A DNA stretch of 64,000 nucleotides from NCBI RefSeq assembly GCF_036515995.1, contig NZ_DATBUP010000010.1, forward strand, positions 9,455 to 73,454, written 5' to 3'. The stretch comes from Pedomonas sp. (GTDB taxonomy: Bacteria; Pseudomonadota; Alphaproteobacteria; Sphingomonadales; Sphingomonadaceae). The notes below the pieces were generated by a model that was not told where the DNA came from, made no database searches, and saw only the letters and a program-made list of their open reading frames with translations. The position numbers and the translations under genes are program-made. Positions 45,153-54,537 of this stretch are shown here, in pieces; position 1 is the first letter of the stretch, and each line of letters opens with the position of its first letter.

Positions 45153-46405
45153 GGGCGGTCACTCCGCTCGCCGCGCGGGGGCAGGGGCATGGCCCCGGAT
45201 GCCAGCCGCATCAGCAGCAGGCCTGACAGGCGGGCCCGCTCGGCAAGGCTTTCGGTGATGAGATACTCGTCGGCTGAATGGATGGCCCCGCCGCGCACGC
45301 CAAGCGTGTCCACCACCGCCAGCCCCTCGGCGGCAAGGTTGTTGCCATCGCAGCAGCCGCCCGTGGCGGCCCAGTGAATGGGCAGGTCCAGGTCTTCCCC
45401 GCACAGCTTCACGGCGGCGAACAGCGCGGCCTGCCGCTCGTCCATTGGTTTGGGCGGGCGGTTGAAGCGGCCATGCAAGGTCAGCGCCACCTCGCGCTCG
45501 GCGGCCACGGCGGCAATGATCCGCTGGGCCTCCCCTTGCGCCCAGTGCATGTCCTCATGGGTGGCGACGCGAATCTCGAACCGCCCGACGGCGGAGGCCG
45601 GCACCACGTTGGTGGGCGCGCCGCCTTCCACCCGGGCGACGTTCACCGTGAGGCCCGGCCGTGCCCCGGTCAGCGTGGCAAGGCGCAGGAAGGCGTCCGC
45701 CACCGCCAGTACCGCGTTGCGGCCTGCCTCCGGATTGCGCCCGGCGTGGGCGGACTTGCCTTCCGCCACAACGCTGAACGAGCCGATGCCCTTACGCGCG
45801 CCCGCCAGCCGCCCGTCTTCCATGGCGGGCTCATAGACAAGGCCAAGGTCAGCCGCGCGCGCCGCCTGCGCCAGCACGGGCGCGGAGCCAAGGGAAGAGA
45901 TCTCCTCATCCGCATTGATGACGATTTCATACCCCAGCCCCTCCGCCCACGGGCTGCGCTCAAGGGCCAGCAGGGCGTGGAGCATCACAAGGAGCCCGCC
46001 CTTCATGTCGGCAACGCCGGGGCCGTTGATGACGCCGGGGGCGCTGTCGCACGGCGTCTGGAACGGATGATCCGGGGCGAACACCGTGTCCATGTGTCCG
46101 GCCAGCAGCACCCGCCGCGGCGCGTCCGGCCGCTTGGTGAGGCGCAGGATGCGGCCGTGCTCCAGGGGCACCAGCTGGCCGTCCCCGTCCACGCTGTGGG
46201 CGGGCGCTGCATCAACGAGGCGAAGCTCGCCGCCCAGCGGCGCGAAGGCCTCCGCCAGAATGTCAGCCATGAGCGCGAGGCCCGCCAGATTGCGGCTGCC
46301 GGAATTGATGGCGCTCCAGCGGCGCACGGTGTCGATCATGGCGTCACTTTCACCGGCAATGCCGTCCAGCGCCGCCTGCTCGCGGGGGTCGAGACCTTTC
46401 AGCAT
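45149..46405 (-). CDS. M20/M25/M40 family metallohydrolase (carboxypeptidase G2-like)
   Basis: 418 aa. Motifs LLAGHMDTVF, GVADMKGG, INADEEISS. ATGA overlap with astA. Confidence 0.8.
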   Translation of the reverse strand: MLKGLDPREQAALDGIAGESDAMIDTVRRWSAINSGSRNLAGLALMADILAEAFAPLGGELRLVDAAPAHSVDGDGQLVPLEHGRILRLTKRPDAPRRVLLAGHMDTVFAPDHPFQTPCDSAPGVINGPGVADMKGGLLVMLHALLALERSPWAEGLGYEIVINADEEISSLGSAPVLAQAARAADLGLVYEPAMEDGRLAGARKGIGSFSVVAEGKSAHAGRNPEAGRNAVLAVADAFLRLATLTGARPGLTVNVARVEGGAPTNVVPASAVGRFEIRVATHEDMHWAQGEAQRIIAAVAAEREVALTLHGRFNRPPKPMDERQAALFAAVKLCGEDLDLPIHWAATGGCCDGNNLAAEGLAVVDTLGVRGGAIHSADEYLITESLAERARLSGLLLMRLASGAMPLPPRGERSDRP

Positions 46406-46505
46406 GACATGTCCCTTTCGGCGAAGATCATGTCACGCCTGCCGCCGCAGGGGTAACGAAAGGCCAAGCTTCCAGCCGCAGAAAATTCGGTGTAAGAGTA
46501 ATTTT

Positions 46506-47018
46506 ATGACAAGGGGCAACGACCACTTCTCCGTGCTTGATTCCATCGACCGGCGGATTCTCCAGACCCTTCAGGAGAACGCCCGGATCACAAATCAGGC
46601 ACTGGCAGAAACGGTTAACCTGTCTCCGAGCGCCTGCCTTGCGCGGGTGCGCCGGCTGGAGGCGGCGGGCGTGCTCATGGGGGCGCACGCGGCGGTGGAG
46701 ATCGAGCGGGTCCAGCCCACGGTGGTCGTCTTCGCCGAGGTGCGGCTGGCCAGCCACCGCCCGCAGGATTTCGCCCGCTTCGAGGAGAAGATCCGCGCCC
46801 TGCCGCAGGTGATCGAGGCCGCACAGGTCTCCGGCAGTTTCGACTATCTGCTGAAGGTCGCCGTGCCGGACATCAACGCGTGGCGCATTCTGGCCGACAG
46901 CCTCTCCATGGAGGATTACGGCATTGCCCAGATCACCTCCCTCATCCGCATGGGGGAGGTAAAGCGCTTCACCGGATACCCCATTGACGGCGTGCGGTCG
47001 CCGAACGGCAAGCGGTAG
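46506..47018 (+). CDS. Lrp/AsnC family transcriptional regulator, divergent from the ast operon
   Basis: Trimmed from the 310-aa track ORF to MTRGNDHFSVLDSIDRRILQTLQENARITNQALAETVNLSPSACLARVRRLEAAGVL. Confidence 0.85.
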   Translation: MTRGNDHFSVLDSIDRRILQTLQENARITNQALAETVNLSPSACLARVRRLEAAGVLMGAHAAVEIERVQPTVVVFAEVRLASHRPQDFARFEEKIRALPQVIEAAQVSGSFDYLLKVAVPDINAWRILADSLSMEDYGIAQITSLIRMGEVKRFTGYPIDGVRSPNGKR

Positions 47019-47051
47019 GAAAGCCCGCTTCGGAAAAGGGAAAGAAGACAC

Positions 47052-47618
47052 GTGCAGAACATTGTGATCGAGACGCCGCGCCTCATCCTGCGCGCCTGGC
47101 GCGATGAGGACCGCGCCCCCTTTGCCGCCATGAACGCGGACCCGGAGGTGATGCGCTACTTCCCCGCGCCGTACACGCGGGCAGAAAGCGACGCAATGGT
47201 GGACCGCATCAGCGCCATGATGGCGGAGCGCGGCTTCGGCTTCTATGCGGTGGAAGAGAAGGGCGGCGCGCCGTTCATCGGCTTCGTCGGCCTGTCCGTC
47301 CCCCGGTTCGCGGCGGCGTTCACCCCTTGCGTCGAGATCGGCTGGCGGCTGGTGCGCTCAAGCTGGGGGCAGGGCTACGCCACCGAGGCGGCGCAGGCCG
47401 CGCGGGACGACGGCTTCACCCGATTGGGTTTGAACGAGATCGTCTCCTTCACCGCCGTGCCGAACGAGCCCTCCCAGCGTGTGATGCAGCGCATCGGCTT
47501 CCGCCATGAGCCGTCCCTGGACTTCGACCACCCGCTCGTAGAGGAAGGCAACTGGCTGCGCCGCCACGTCCTCTACCGCCTCGACCGCGCAGGGTGGGAG
47601 GGGCTTCAGACGGGCTGA
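47052..47618 (+). CDS. GNAT family N-acetyltransferase (RimJ/RimL-like)
   Basis: 188 aa, GTG start. Contains TPRLILRAW...EIGWRL...WGQGYATEAA motif A. Confidence 0.8.
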   Translation: MQNIVIETPRLILRAWRDEDRAPFAAMNADPEVMRYFPAPYTRAESDAMVDRISAMMAERGFGFYAVEEKGGAPFIGFVGLSVPRFAAAFTPCVEIGWRLVRSSWGQGYATEAAQAARDDGFTRLGLNEIVSFTAVPNEPSQRVMQRIGFRHEPSLDFDHPLVEEGNWLRRHVLYRLDRAGWEGLQTG

Positions 47619-47629
47619 TTCTCTGTTTT

Positions 47630-47653
47630 GCAGGAGGGACTTGTCCCTCCTGC
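47630..47653. repeat. REP-like GC hairpin, copy 3, between convergent genes
   Basis: GCAGGAGGGAC-TT-GTCCCTCCTGC followed by ACCTCC. Looser relatives occur at 47722-47743 and 29906-29931. Confidence 0.45.
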
Positions 47654-47771
47654 ACCTCCATTGTTTGAATGGGCCGCGCCCATCATGCAGGACACGGCCC
47701 TTTGAAAACGAACAGGGGGTCGCAGGGGGATCAGGATCCCTCTGAATAAAAAGCGAAGCCAAGATCGCAGC

Positions 47772-49313
47772 TTACGCGTCGATCTCGAACTTCACGCCCT
47801 GGGCCAGCGGCAGGTCGCGGCCGTAGTTGATGGTCTGGGTCTGGCGGCGCATGTAGGCCTTCCACGCGTCGGAGCCGGATTCGCGGCCGCCGCCGGTTTC
47901 CTTCTCGCCGCCGAACGCGCCGCCGATCTCGGCGCCGCTGGTGCCCATGTTGACGTTGGCGATGCCGCAGTCGCTGCCCTGCGCCGAGAGAAAGGTTTCC
48001 GCCTCGCGCATGTCCGTCGTCAGGATGGAGGAGGAGAGGCCCTGCGGCACGTCCCGCTGGAGGCGGATCGCCTCGTCAAAGTCGGTGTAGCGCATCACGT
48101 AGAGGATCGGCGCAAAGGTCTCCTCCCGCACGATGGCGGTCTGCTCCGGCATCTCCACCAGCGCCGGTGTGACATAGACGCCGCCGTTGATGCTCTCGAT
48201 CCGCTCGCCGCCGGTGACGGTGCCGCCCTCGGCCTTTGCCTGGGCAAGCGCCTTTTGCATGGCCTCGTATGATGCCTCGTCGATGAGCGGGCCGAGCAGG
48301 TTCTTCTCCTCCAGCGGGTTGCCGATGGGGAGCGACGCGAACGCCGCCTTCAGGCGCGGCACCAGCGCGTCATAAACGGACTCATGCACGATCAGGCGGC
48401 GCAGCGAGGTGCAGCGCTGGCCGGTGGTGCCTGCCGCACCGAAGGCGACGGCGCGCACCGCCAGCTCCAGATCCGCCGACGGGCAGACGATGGTGGCCGC
48501 ATTGCCGCCCAGTTCCAGCAGCGTGCGGCCAAGCCGGCCGGCGACGGCCTGCGCCACGGCGCGGCCCATGCGGGTGCTGCCCGTTGCCGAGATCAGCGGC
48601 ACACGCGGATCATGCGTCAGGGCCTCGCCCACGTCCGCCCCGCCCATGATGAGCTGGGACAGGCCCTTGGGAGCCTGCGGGAAGTCAGCGGCCACGGTTT
48701 CCATGAGGTGCTGCACGGCAAGCGCGGTCAGCGGCGTCTTCTCGGACGGCTTCCACAGGATGGAATCGCCGCACACCAGCGCCAGCGCCGCGTTCCACGA
48801 CCACACGGCGACCGGGAAGTTGAACGCCGAGATGATGCCGACCGGGCCCAGCGGGTGCCACATCTCCCGCAGGTGATGGTTGGCGCGCTCCGAGGCGATG
48901 GTCAGGCCATACAGCTGGCGGGAGAGGCCGACCGCGAAGTCGCAGATGTCGATCATCTCCTGCACCTCGCCCAGCCCTTCGGAGAGCGGCTTGCCGCTCT
49001 CTGCGGTGACGAGCCGGCCGAGCGCCTCCTTGTGCTGGCGCAGCGCCTCGCCCAGACGGCGGACCAGTTCGCCGCGCACCGGGCCCGGCACTTTTGACCA
49101 CGCGCGGAAGGCCTCCACGCTCTCGGCGATCTTGGCCTCGACGCTGGCGGGCGTGTCTACTGCAAGGCGGCCGGTCTCGCTGCCATCGATGGGCGAGCGG
49201 GCGATGAGCGGGCCGTCGGCGTAGCGATCACGCGGCACGCCCATGGCGTCGAGATAGGCGGTCACATCCACCATGCGGGCGGTGGCCTGAGTCGAAAAGG
49301 CTTCGGTTTTCAT
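47772..49313 (-). CDS. ALDH7-type aldehyde dehydrogenase (alpha-aminoadipic/piperideine-6-carboxylate semialdehyde dehydrogenase-like)
   Basis: Trimmed to MKTEAF. The antiquitin-type block GEVQEMIDICDFAVGLSRQLYG, plus ELGGNAA and GQRCTSLRR. Confidence 0.82.
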   Translation of the reverse strand: MKTEAFSTQATARMVDVTAYLDAMGVPRDRYADGPLIARSPIDGSETGRLAVDTPASVEAKIAESVEAFRAWSKVPGPVRGELVRRLGEALRQHKEALGRLVTAESGKPLSEGLGEVQEMIDICDFAVGLSRQLYGLTIASERANHHLREMWHPLGPVGIISAFNFPVAVWSWNAALALVCGDSILWKPSEKTPLTALAVQHLMETVAADFPQAPKGLSQLIMGGADVGEALTHDPRVPLISATGSTRMGRAVAQAVAGRLGRTLLELGGNAATIVCPSADLELAVRAVAFGAAGTTGQRCTSLRRLIVHESVYDALVPRLKAAFASLPIGNPLEEKNLLGPLIDEASYEAMQKALAQAKAEGGTVTGGERIESINGGVYVTPALVEMPEQTAIVREETFAPILYVMRYTDFDEAIRLQRDVPQGLSSSILTTDMREAETFLSAQGSDCGIANVNMGTSGAEIGGAFGGEKETGGGRESGSDAWKAYMRRQTQTINYGRDLPLAQGVKFEIDA

Positions 49314-50971
49314 AGGTCGCTCAATGTCTTGTTGGGGGCGATGTGGCGCGCACTCACACACAACTCAAGCACGGCCGGGCGGTTGCTCTGAACGGCGGCC
49401 TCGAAGGCCGCGGCGAAGTCTTCCGTGCGCTCCACGCGGGCGGCATGGCAGCCGAACGCGGCGGCGAAGGCCACGAAGTCAGGGTTCACCAGTTCGGTGC
49501 CGGAGACACGGCCCGGATAGGCCCGATCCTGATGCATGCGGATGGTGCCATAGACCCCGTTGTTGGAAATCAGCACGATCACGTTGGCGCTGTACTGGGC
49601 GGCGGTGGCCAGTTCCTGCGCGGTCATCATGAAATCGCCATCCCCCGCCACGCACACGACCGTGCGCTCAGGGTGGACAATTTTGGCGGCGATGGCGGCG
49701 GGCACGCCGTACCCCATCGCGCCGCTGGTGGGGGCAAGCTGGGTGCGGCAGCGCCGGTGCTGGTAGAAGCGGTGCAGCCACGCGGCAAAGTTCCCCGCGC
49801 CGTTGGTCAGCACCGCATCGGGCGGCAGCAGGCGGCCAAGGTGGGCCATGACCTCTGAAAGGTTTACGCCCTCGCCCACCTCCACCGGCTGCACCCACTC
49901 CCGGTACGCGGCATTGGCATCAGGTGCGGTCTCTTCCCAGTGGGACGAATCCACGGTCAGACCCGCCAGCGCATGGGCGATTTCATCCAGCCCGGAGGCG
50001 ATCGAAAGGGTGGTCTGATAGACCTTGCCCAGCTCGTCCGGGTCCGGGTGGATGTGGATGAGGTGCTGGCTCGGCACCGGCGGCTTAATGAGCGTATAGC
50101 CGCTCGTTGTCATCTCCGAGAGGCGGGAGCCGAACACGATCAGCAGGTCCGCCTTCTTCACCCGCTCCGCCAGCTTCGGGTTGGGGCCGATGCCCAAGTC
50201 CCCCGCGTAATTGGGGTGGGTGTTGTCCCACAGGGCCTTGCGGCGGAACGTGGTCGCCAGCGGCAGGCGGTTGGCTTCGATGAAGCGGCGCAGGCTGGCC
50301 AGCCCCTCGTCGCTCCAGCCGCTGCCGCCCAGCAGCACCAGCGGGCGGGCAGCCTTCTTCAGCAGCGCCTCGAACCGGGCCAGTGCCTGCGGGGCCGGGC
50401 CGGGATTGGCGGGCTCGATGCGCCCCAGCATGCGGTCGGGCACCGGGCCGTGGCTCGGCTCCACCAGCATGTCCTCCGGCAGGGCCAGCACCACCGGGCC
50501 GGGCCGCCCGTTCATGGCAACGGCATAGGCGCGCGAGACATATTCGGCCATGCGGTCGGGATCGTCGATCTCCGCCACCCACTTGGCCAGCGGCGCGAAC
50601 ATCTGCCGGTAATCCACCTCCTGAAAGGCTTCGCGGTCGCGGTCCGCACGGGAGACCTGCCCGATGAACAGGATCATCGGCGTCGAGTCCTGCCGGGCGG
50701 TGTGCACGCCGATGGCGGCATGAGTCGCGCCCGGGCCGCGGGTCACGAAGCAGATGCCGGGGCGTCCGGTCAGCTTGCCGTGGGCCTCCGCCATGTTGGC
50801 GGCTCCCGCCTCATGGCGGCAGGTGACGAGGTGGAGGGACTCGCGCACATCGTGGAGCGCGTCGAGAACGGCGAGATAACTCTCGCCGGGCACGCAAAAA
50901 GCGTGGGTTGCGCCCTGGGCGATCAGGCAATCGACCAGTGTTCGCGCTGCGGTGCGGGCATGTTCGGCCAT
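49310..50971 (-). CDS. Thiamine-diphosphate-dependent enzyme (acetolactate synthase large-subunit-like)
   Basis: Trimmed to MAEHARTAARTLVDCLIAQGATHAFCVPGESY. ThDP motif GDGDFMM...NNGVYG. ATGA overlap with the ALDH7 gene. Confidence 0.85.
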   Translation of the reverse strand: MAEHARTAARTLVDCLIAQGATHAFCVPGESYLAVLDALHDVRESLHLVTCRHEAGAANMAEAHGKLTGRPGICFVTRGPGATHAAIGVHTARQDSTPMILFIGQVSRADRDREAFQEVDYRQMFAPLAKWVAEIDDPDRMAEYVSRAYAVAMNGRPGPVVLALPEDMLVEPSHGPVPDRMLGRIEPANPGPAPQALARFEALLKKAARPLVLLGGSGWSDEGLASLRRFIEANRLPLATTFRRKALWDNTHPNYAGDLGIGPNPKLAERVKKADLLIVFGSRLSEMTTSGYTLIKPPVPSQHLIHIHPDPDELGKVYQTTLSIASGLDEIAHALAGLTVDSSHWEETAPDANAAYREWVQPVEVGEGVNLSEVMAHLGRLLPPDAVLTNGAGNFAAWLHRFYQHRRCRTQLAPTSGAMGYGVPAAIAAKIVHPERTVVCVAGDGDFMMTAQELATAAQYSANVIVLISNNGVYGTIRMHQDRAYPGRVSGTELVNPDFVAFAAAFGCHAARVERTEDFAAAFEAAVQSNRPAVLELCVSARHIAPNKTLSDL

Positions 50972-51118
50972 ACCCAAGAGGTGCGATGGCGGGTTGCCGG
51001 AGTCAACGGGCAGACTGGCTGATGGCCGGGGCCGGGGCGGGCAATCCGCCAAGCTGGGCCGCCACACCGTTGGTTGCTTGCACGGGCCGGGCTGTTTTTA
51101 CAAAGGTTTACGGGCGTC

Positions 51119-51148
51119 CAAAAACATAAGGGGGCCCGAAGACCCCCT
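51119..51148 (-). terminator. Rho-independent terminator after ppa
   Basis: On the minus strand: AGGGGG-(8 nt)-CCCCCT followed by TATGTTTTTGG. Confidence 0.7.
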
Positions 51149-51176
51149 CACATCATCTCGGTGCCGGATTGGCGGC

Positions 51177-51719
51177 TCAGGCGGCGGAGAGCTTGCCGCC
51201 GGCGCGCTCGACGCCTTCCACGATCGCCTTGCGGGCGGCTTCGGGGCCATCCCACTTCACGATCTTCACCCACTTGCCCTTTTCCAGATCCTTGTAGTGC
51301 TGGAAGAAGTGCGCAATGCGCTCCAGCAGGATCGGCGGCAGCTCGTCATGAGACTGCACGTTGGCATAGACCGGGTTCAGCTTGGCGATGGGAACGGCGA
51401 GGATCTTCTCGTCGTTGCCGGCCTCGTCTTCCATGTGAAGGATGCCGATCGGGCGAGCCGGAATGACGCAGCCTGCCACGACCGGAATGTCGGTCAGCAC
51501 CAGCACGTCAACGGGGTCGCCGTCATCGGACAGGGTGTGCGGCACGAAGCCGTAGTTGGCCGGGTACACCATGGCGGTGTTGACGAAGCGGTCAACGAAC
51601 AGTGCGCCCGACTTCTTGTCGATTTCGTACTTCACAGGCGCGCCGCCTGCCGGAATCTCGATTACGACATTGATCTCTTCGGGCGGGTTCTTGCCGACCG
51701 GAATGTAACGAATATCCAT
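51177..51719 (-). CDS. ppa: Inorganic pyrophosphatase (family I)
   Basis: 180 aa. Contains [29 protein letters not shown] and DGDPVDVLV. Confidence 0.95.
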   Translation of the reverse strand: MDIRYIPVGKNPPEEINVVIEIPAGGAPVKYEIDKKSGALFVDRFVNTAMVYPANYGFVPHTLSDDGDPVDVLVLTDIPVVAGCVIPARPIGILHMEDEAGNDEKILAVPIAKLNPVYANVQSHDELPPILLERIAHFFQHYKDLEKGKWVKIVKWDGPEAARKAIVEGVERAGGKLSAA

Positions 51720-51797
51720 GCGGAACGTCCTTCAACGGAAAACTACGCGCGCTGCGGGATACCTGCCGCACCCCCCGGTTGCAACGTCGTTTTTGGT

Positions 51798-53234
51798 TCA
51801 GACCGCGTAACCGTAGGCTTCGCCCATGCGCCGGATGGCCTTGATCTTGTCGTTGAAGGGCTCCCAGTCGTCCCGCTCGTCGATGGCGTCCCAGATCGTT
51901 TCGACCTCGTCGATCAGCATGGTGCAGGGGGCAGCATCCGCGAAATACGGGTGTTTCAGGTTCTGCGCGGCGGTGTCGGCGGGCTGGAAGCGCGGCAGCA
52001 GATCAAGCAGCGGCCTGGCATCCTCGCCCGCGTAGGTGTTGGCCGCCGGAGAGGCCGCGCGGCGCGCCTCGGACAAATTGCCGCCGTACCAATCGAAGTA
52101 AAACCGCTCGAGGCCCATCTTGGAATCGATGAGGAATCGCTCCATCGCCTGAAGGAAGGCGAGATTGGTCTGCTCGTCCCCGGCCGGTTTGAGGCCGAGG
52201 CGGCGGAAGATCGCGGATACCAGCTCGTCCTCGAAGTGCTCGGGGAAGGTCTCCAACACCGGCACCACCACTTCCTTGGGCACGATGGTCAGCAGCGCCT
52301 TGGCCAGCTGATAGACGTTCCAGTGGAAGGCTTCCGCCTGACGGCCGTAGGCGTAAAGACCGTAGTCGTCGAAGTAGGCGGCGGTGAAGGCCAGATCATA
52401 GGTGGGAGCAAAGCGCCACGGTCCGTAGTCGAAGCTCTCGGCGGTGATGTTGATGTTGTCCGTGTTGAGCACGCCGTGCACGAAGCCCGCCGCCATGTAG
52501 CTGGAGACTAGCCGCGTCGCGCCCTTCACCGCGTGGTCGAGCAGGGCGGAGACCCGCTCTTCCAGCGCCGCCTCCGGCCCCGGCGCATCCGGCACGTACC
52601 GGGCCAGCGAGTAGTCGACGAGCGCGATCATCTCGTCGGCGAGGCTGAAGTAGGCCAGCCGCTGGAACGTGCCATAGCGGATGTGGCTGTGGGACAGGCG
52701 CACCAGCACGGCGGACCGGGTGGGCGAGGGCTCGTCGTGGCGGGTGAGCGCCTCGCCGGTCTCGATGAGCGAGAAGGTCTTGGAGGTATAGACGCCCAGC
52801 GCCTCCAGCTGTTCGGTCGCCAGCACCTCGCGCACGCCGCCCTTGAGGGTCAGCTTGCCGTCGCCGAAGCGACTGTAGGGCGTCTGGCCCGAGCCCTTGG
52901 TGCCGAAGTCGAGCAGGCGGCCGTCCTTCACGTCGCGCGCCTGCCCGAACAGGAAGCCGCGCCCGTCGCCGATGTCGGGGTTGTACACCCGGAACTGGTG
53001 TCCGTGGTAGCGCAGCGCCAGCGGCTTCTCGAGCGAGCCGGGCAACGGCTGGAACCGCCCGAAGTGGGCGGCCCACTCCTCGTCCGTAAGCCCGTCCAGC
53101 CCCACGCGCTCCGCCCAGCGCTGGTTGCGGAAGCGGATGATGTGCTGGGGAAACGCAGCGGCTTCCACCTCGTCATAGAAGGCGTCGCCAAGGGTCAGAA
53201 TGTCCCGTGCGGGGGTGAAGGCTGCCTGGGTCAT
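51798..53234 (-). CDS. selO: Protein adenylyltransferase SelO (YdiU family)
   Basis: Trimmed to MTQAAFTP. SelO blocks RYHGHQFRVYNPDIGDGRGFLFG and FVHGVLNTDNINI. Confidence 0.9.
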   Translation of the reverse strand: MTQAAFTPARDILTLGDAFYDEVEAAAFPQHIIRFRNQRWAERVGLDGLTDEEWAAHFGRFQPLPGSLEKPLALRYHGHQFRVYNPDIGDGRGFLFGQARDVKDGRLLDFGTKGSGQTPYSRFGDGKLTLKGGVREVLATEQLEALGVYTSKTFSLIETGEALTRHDEPSPTRSAVLVRLSHSHIRYGTFQRLAYFSLADEMIALVDYSLARYVPDAPGPEAALEERVSALLDHAVKGATRLVSSYMAAGFVHGVLNTDNINITAESFDYGPWRFAPTYDLAFTAAYFDDYGLYAYGRQAEAFHWNVYQLAKALLTIVPKEVVVPVLETFPEHFEDELVSAIFRRLGLKPAGDEQTNLAFLQAMERFLIDSKMGLERFYFDWYGGNLSEARRAASPAANTYAGEDARPLLDLLPRFQPADTAAQNLKHPYFADAAPCTMLIDEVETIWDAIDERDDWEPFNDKIKAIRRMGEAYGYAV

Positions 53235-53445
53235 GGGACTCCTTTTGGAACGCTGGGGGTGGGCCTTTGCCTCTGTCATAACGCCTCTGTTTCGGTGAAG
53301 CGACGAGATTGCTTGGCCCTGTCAGATCTTAGCGCAGCCCAGGGCAGGGTGGTTCCGGTCCCACAAAAAGGCTTCCGACAAATGGCGCGACGGGGCTAAA
53401 CCTTGGGGCGGGCGCATACCTGCCCGGTCGCAATACGGGGATGAC

Positions 53446-54306
53446 ATGGCCGCTTACGAGGATCGCTACTACTGGTCCCACGATGGGTTGAGGCTGCATT
53501 TTCGAGATTACGCTGGACCTGCTGACAAGCCGACCGTCCTGTGCATACCGGGCCTGACCCGCAACGCGCGAGACTATGAAGGCGTGGCGGAGCGGCTGGC
53601 GGGCCAGTGGCGGGTGTGGTGCCTTGACCTGCGCGGGCGGGGGGATTCGGCCTACGCCAAGGACCCGCTGACCTACGTGCCGCTGACCTACCTGCGGGAC
53701 GTTGAGGCGCTGATCGCGCAGGAGCAGCCGCGCAAGCTGGCGGTAATCGGCACGTCGCTGGGCGGCATCATCGCCATGCTGATGGGCGGCACCCAGAAAC
53801 AGTATCTGGCGGGCGTGCTGATGAACGACATCGGCCCGGACATCGACCCCGAGGGGCTGGAGCGCATCCGCGGCTACGTCGGCAAGATGGGGCCATGGCC
53901 AACCTGGATGCACGCCGCCTGGGCCATCCGTGATCTGAATGTGGACATCTACCCCCACTATTCCATGGATGACTGGCTGCGCATGGCCAAGCGCACCTGC
54001 TATCTGCACCCCAACGGGCGGATCGTGGCGGACTATGACCCCAACCTCGCCGCGCCGTTCAAGCTGCCCAACAGCAACGCCGGGGTGGACCTGTGGCCTG
54101 CCTTCGATGCGCTGGCCGGTCTTCCGATCACGGTGCTGCGCGGCGCGACCTCCGATATCCTGAGCCCTCGCACGGTGGAGCGCATGGCGGCGCGCGGCCC
54201 GCACGTCACGGTTGTGACCGTGCCCGGCGTTGGTCATGCCCCCTCGCTCGAGGAACCGGAGTCCGTGGCCGCCATCGATGCGTTCCTCGGCCGTCTGTCG
54301 GAGTAA
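53446..54306 (+). CDS. Alpha/beta hydrolase
   Basis: 286 aa. Nucleophile elbow GTSLGG, a C-terminal His region GVGHAP, and an HG-type oxyanion region CIPGLTRN. Confidence 0.8.
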   Translation: MAAYEDRYYWSHDGLRLHFRDYAGPADKPTVLCIPGLTRNARDYEGVAERLAGQWRVWCLDLRGRGDSAYAKDPLTYVPLTYLRDVEALIAQEQPRKLAVIGTSLGGIIAMLMGGTQKQYLAGVLMNDIGPDIDPEGLERIRGYVGKMGPWPTWMHAAWAIRDLNVDIYPHYSMDDWLRMAKRTCYLHPNGRIVADYDPNLAAPFKLPNSNAGVDLWPAFDALAGLPITVLRGATSDILSPRTVERMAARGPHVTVVTVPGVGHAPSLEEPESVAAIDAFLGRLSE

Positions 54307-54489
54307 TCCCCCGCAAAACCGGTGTTTTTCATCGCATGAGCCAAGGGTTTGCCTTGCGGCGAACCGTTGGAGCAGGCAAATAGACAGGCAGGCTTGGCAG
54401 AAAACGGATGAAGGCCGTCCGGGCCGGACTTTTCAGAGGCCGTCCGGATCAGGGGCCTCCAGGATCGCGGGTAGAGCTCCGGGACCCGG

Positions 54490-54537
54490 GGTGAGGCCGA
54501 AGAGTGAGCCAGAGAGTAAGCCAAAGAGTAAGGATGT
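54490..54537 (+). repeat. Tandem 12-nt direct repeats immediately upstream of chvI
   Basis: GAGTGAGCCAGA / GAGTAAGCCAAA / GAGTAAGGATGT at 54502-54537, preceded by the degenerate copy GGTGAGGCCGAA. The last unit contains the AAGGA RBS. Confidence 0.5.

Noticed and set aside
5911-46505. N-terminal extensions of track ORFs (5911, 6176, 13050, 15021, 22376, 24099, 30011, 31020, 36468, 39333, 40294, 44143, 46086, 49361, 51067, 53279)
   Set aside because: In each case an internal start has a better RBS and/or begins exactly at a signal peptide or the conserved family N-terminus. The extension overlaps a neighbouring gene, terminator or promoter region.
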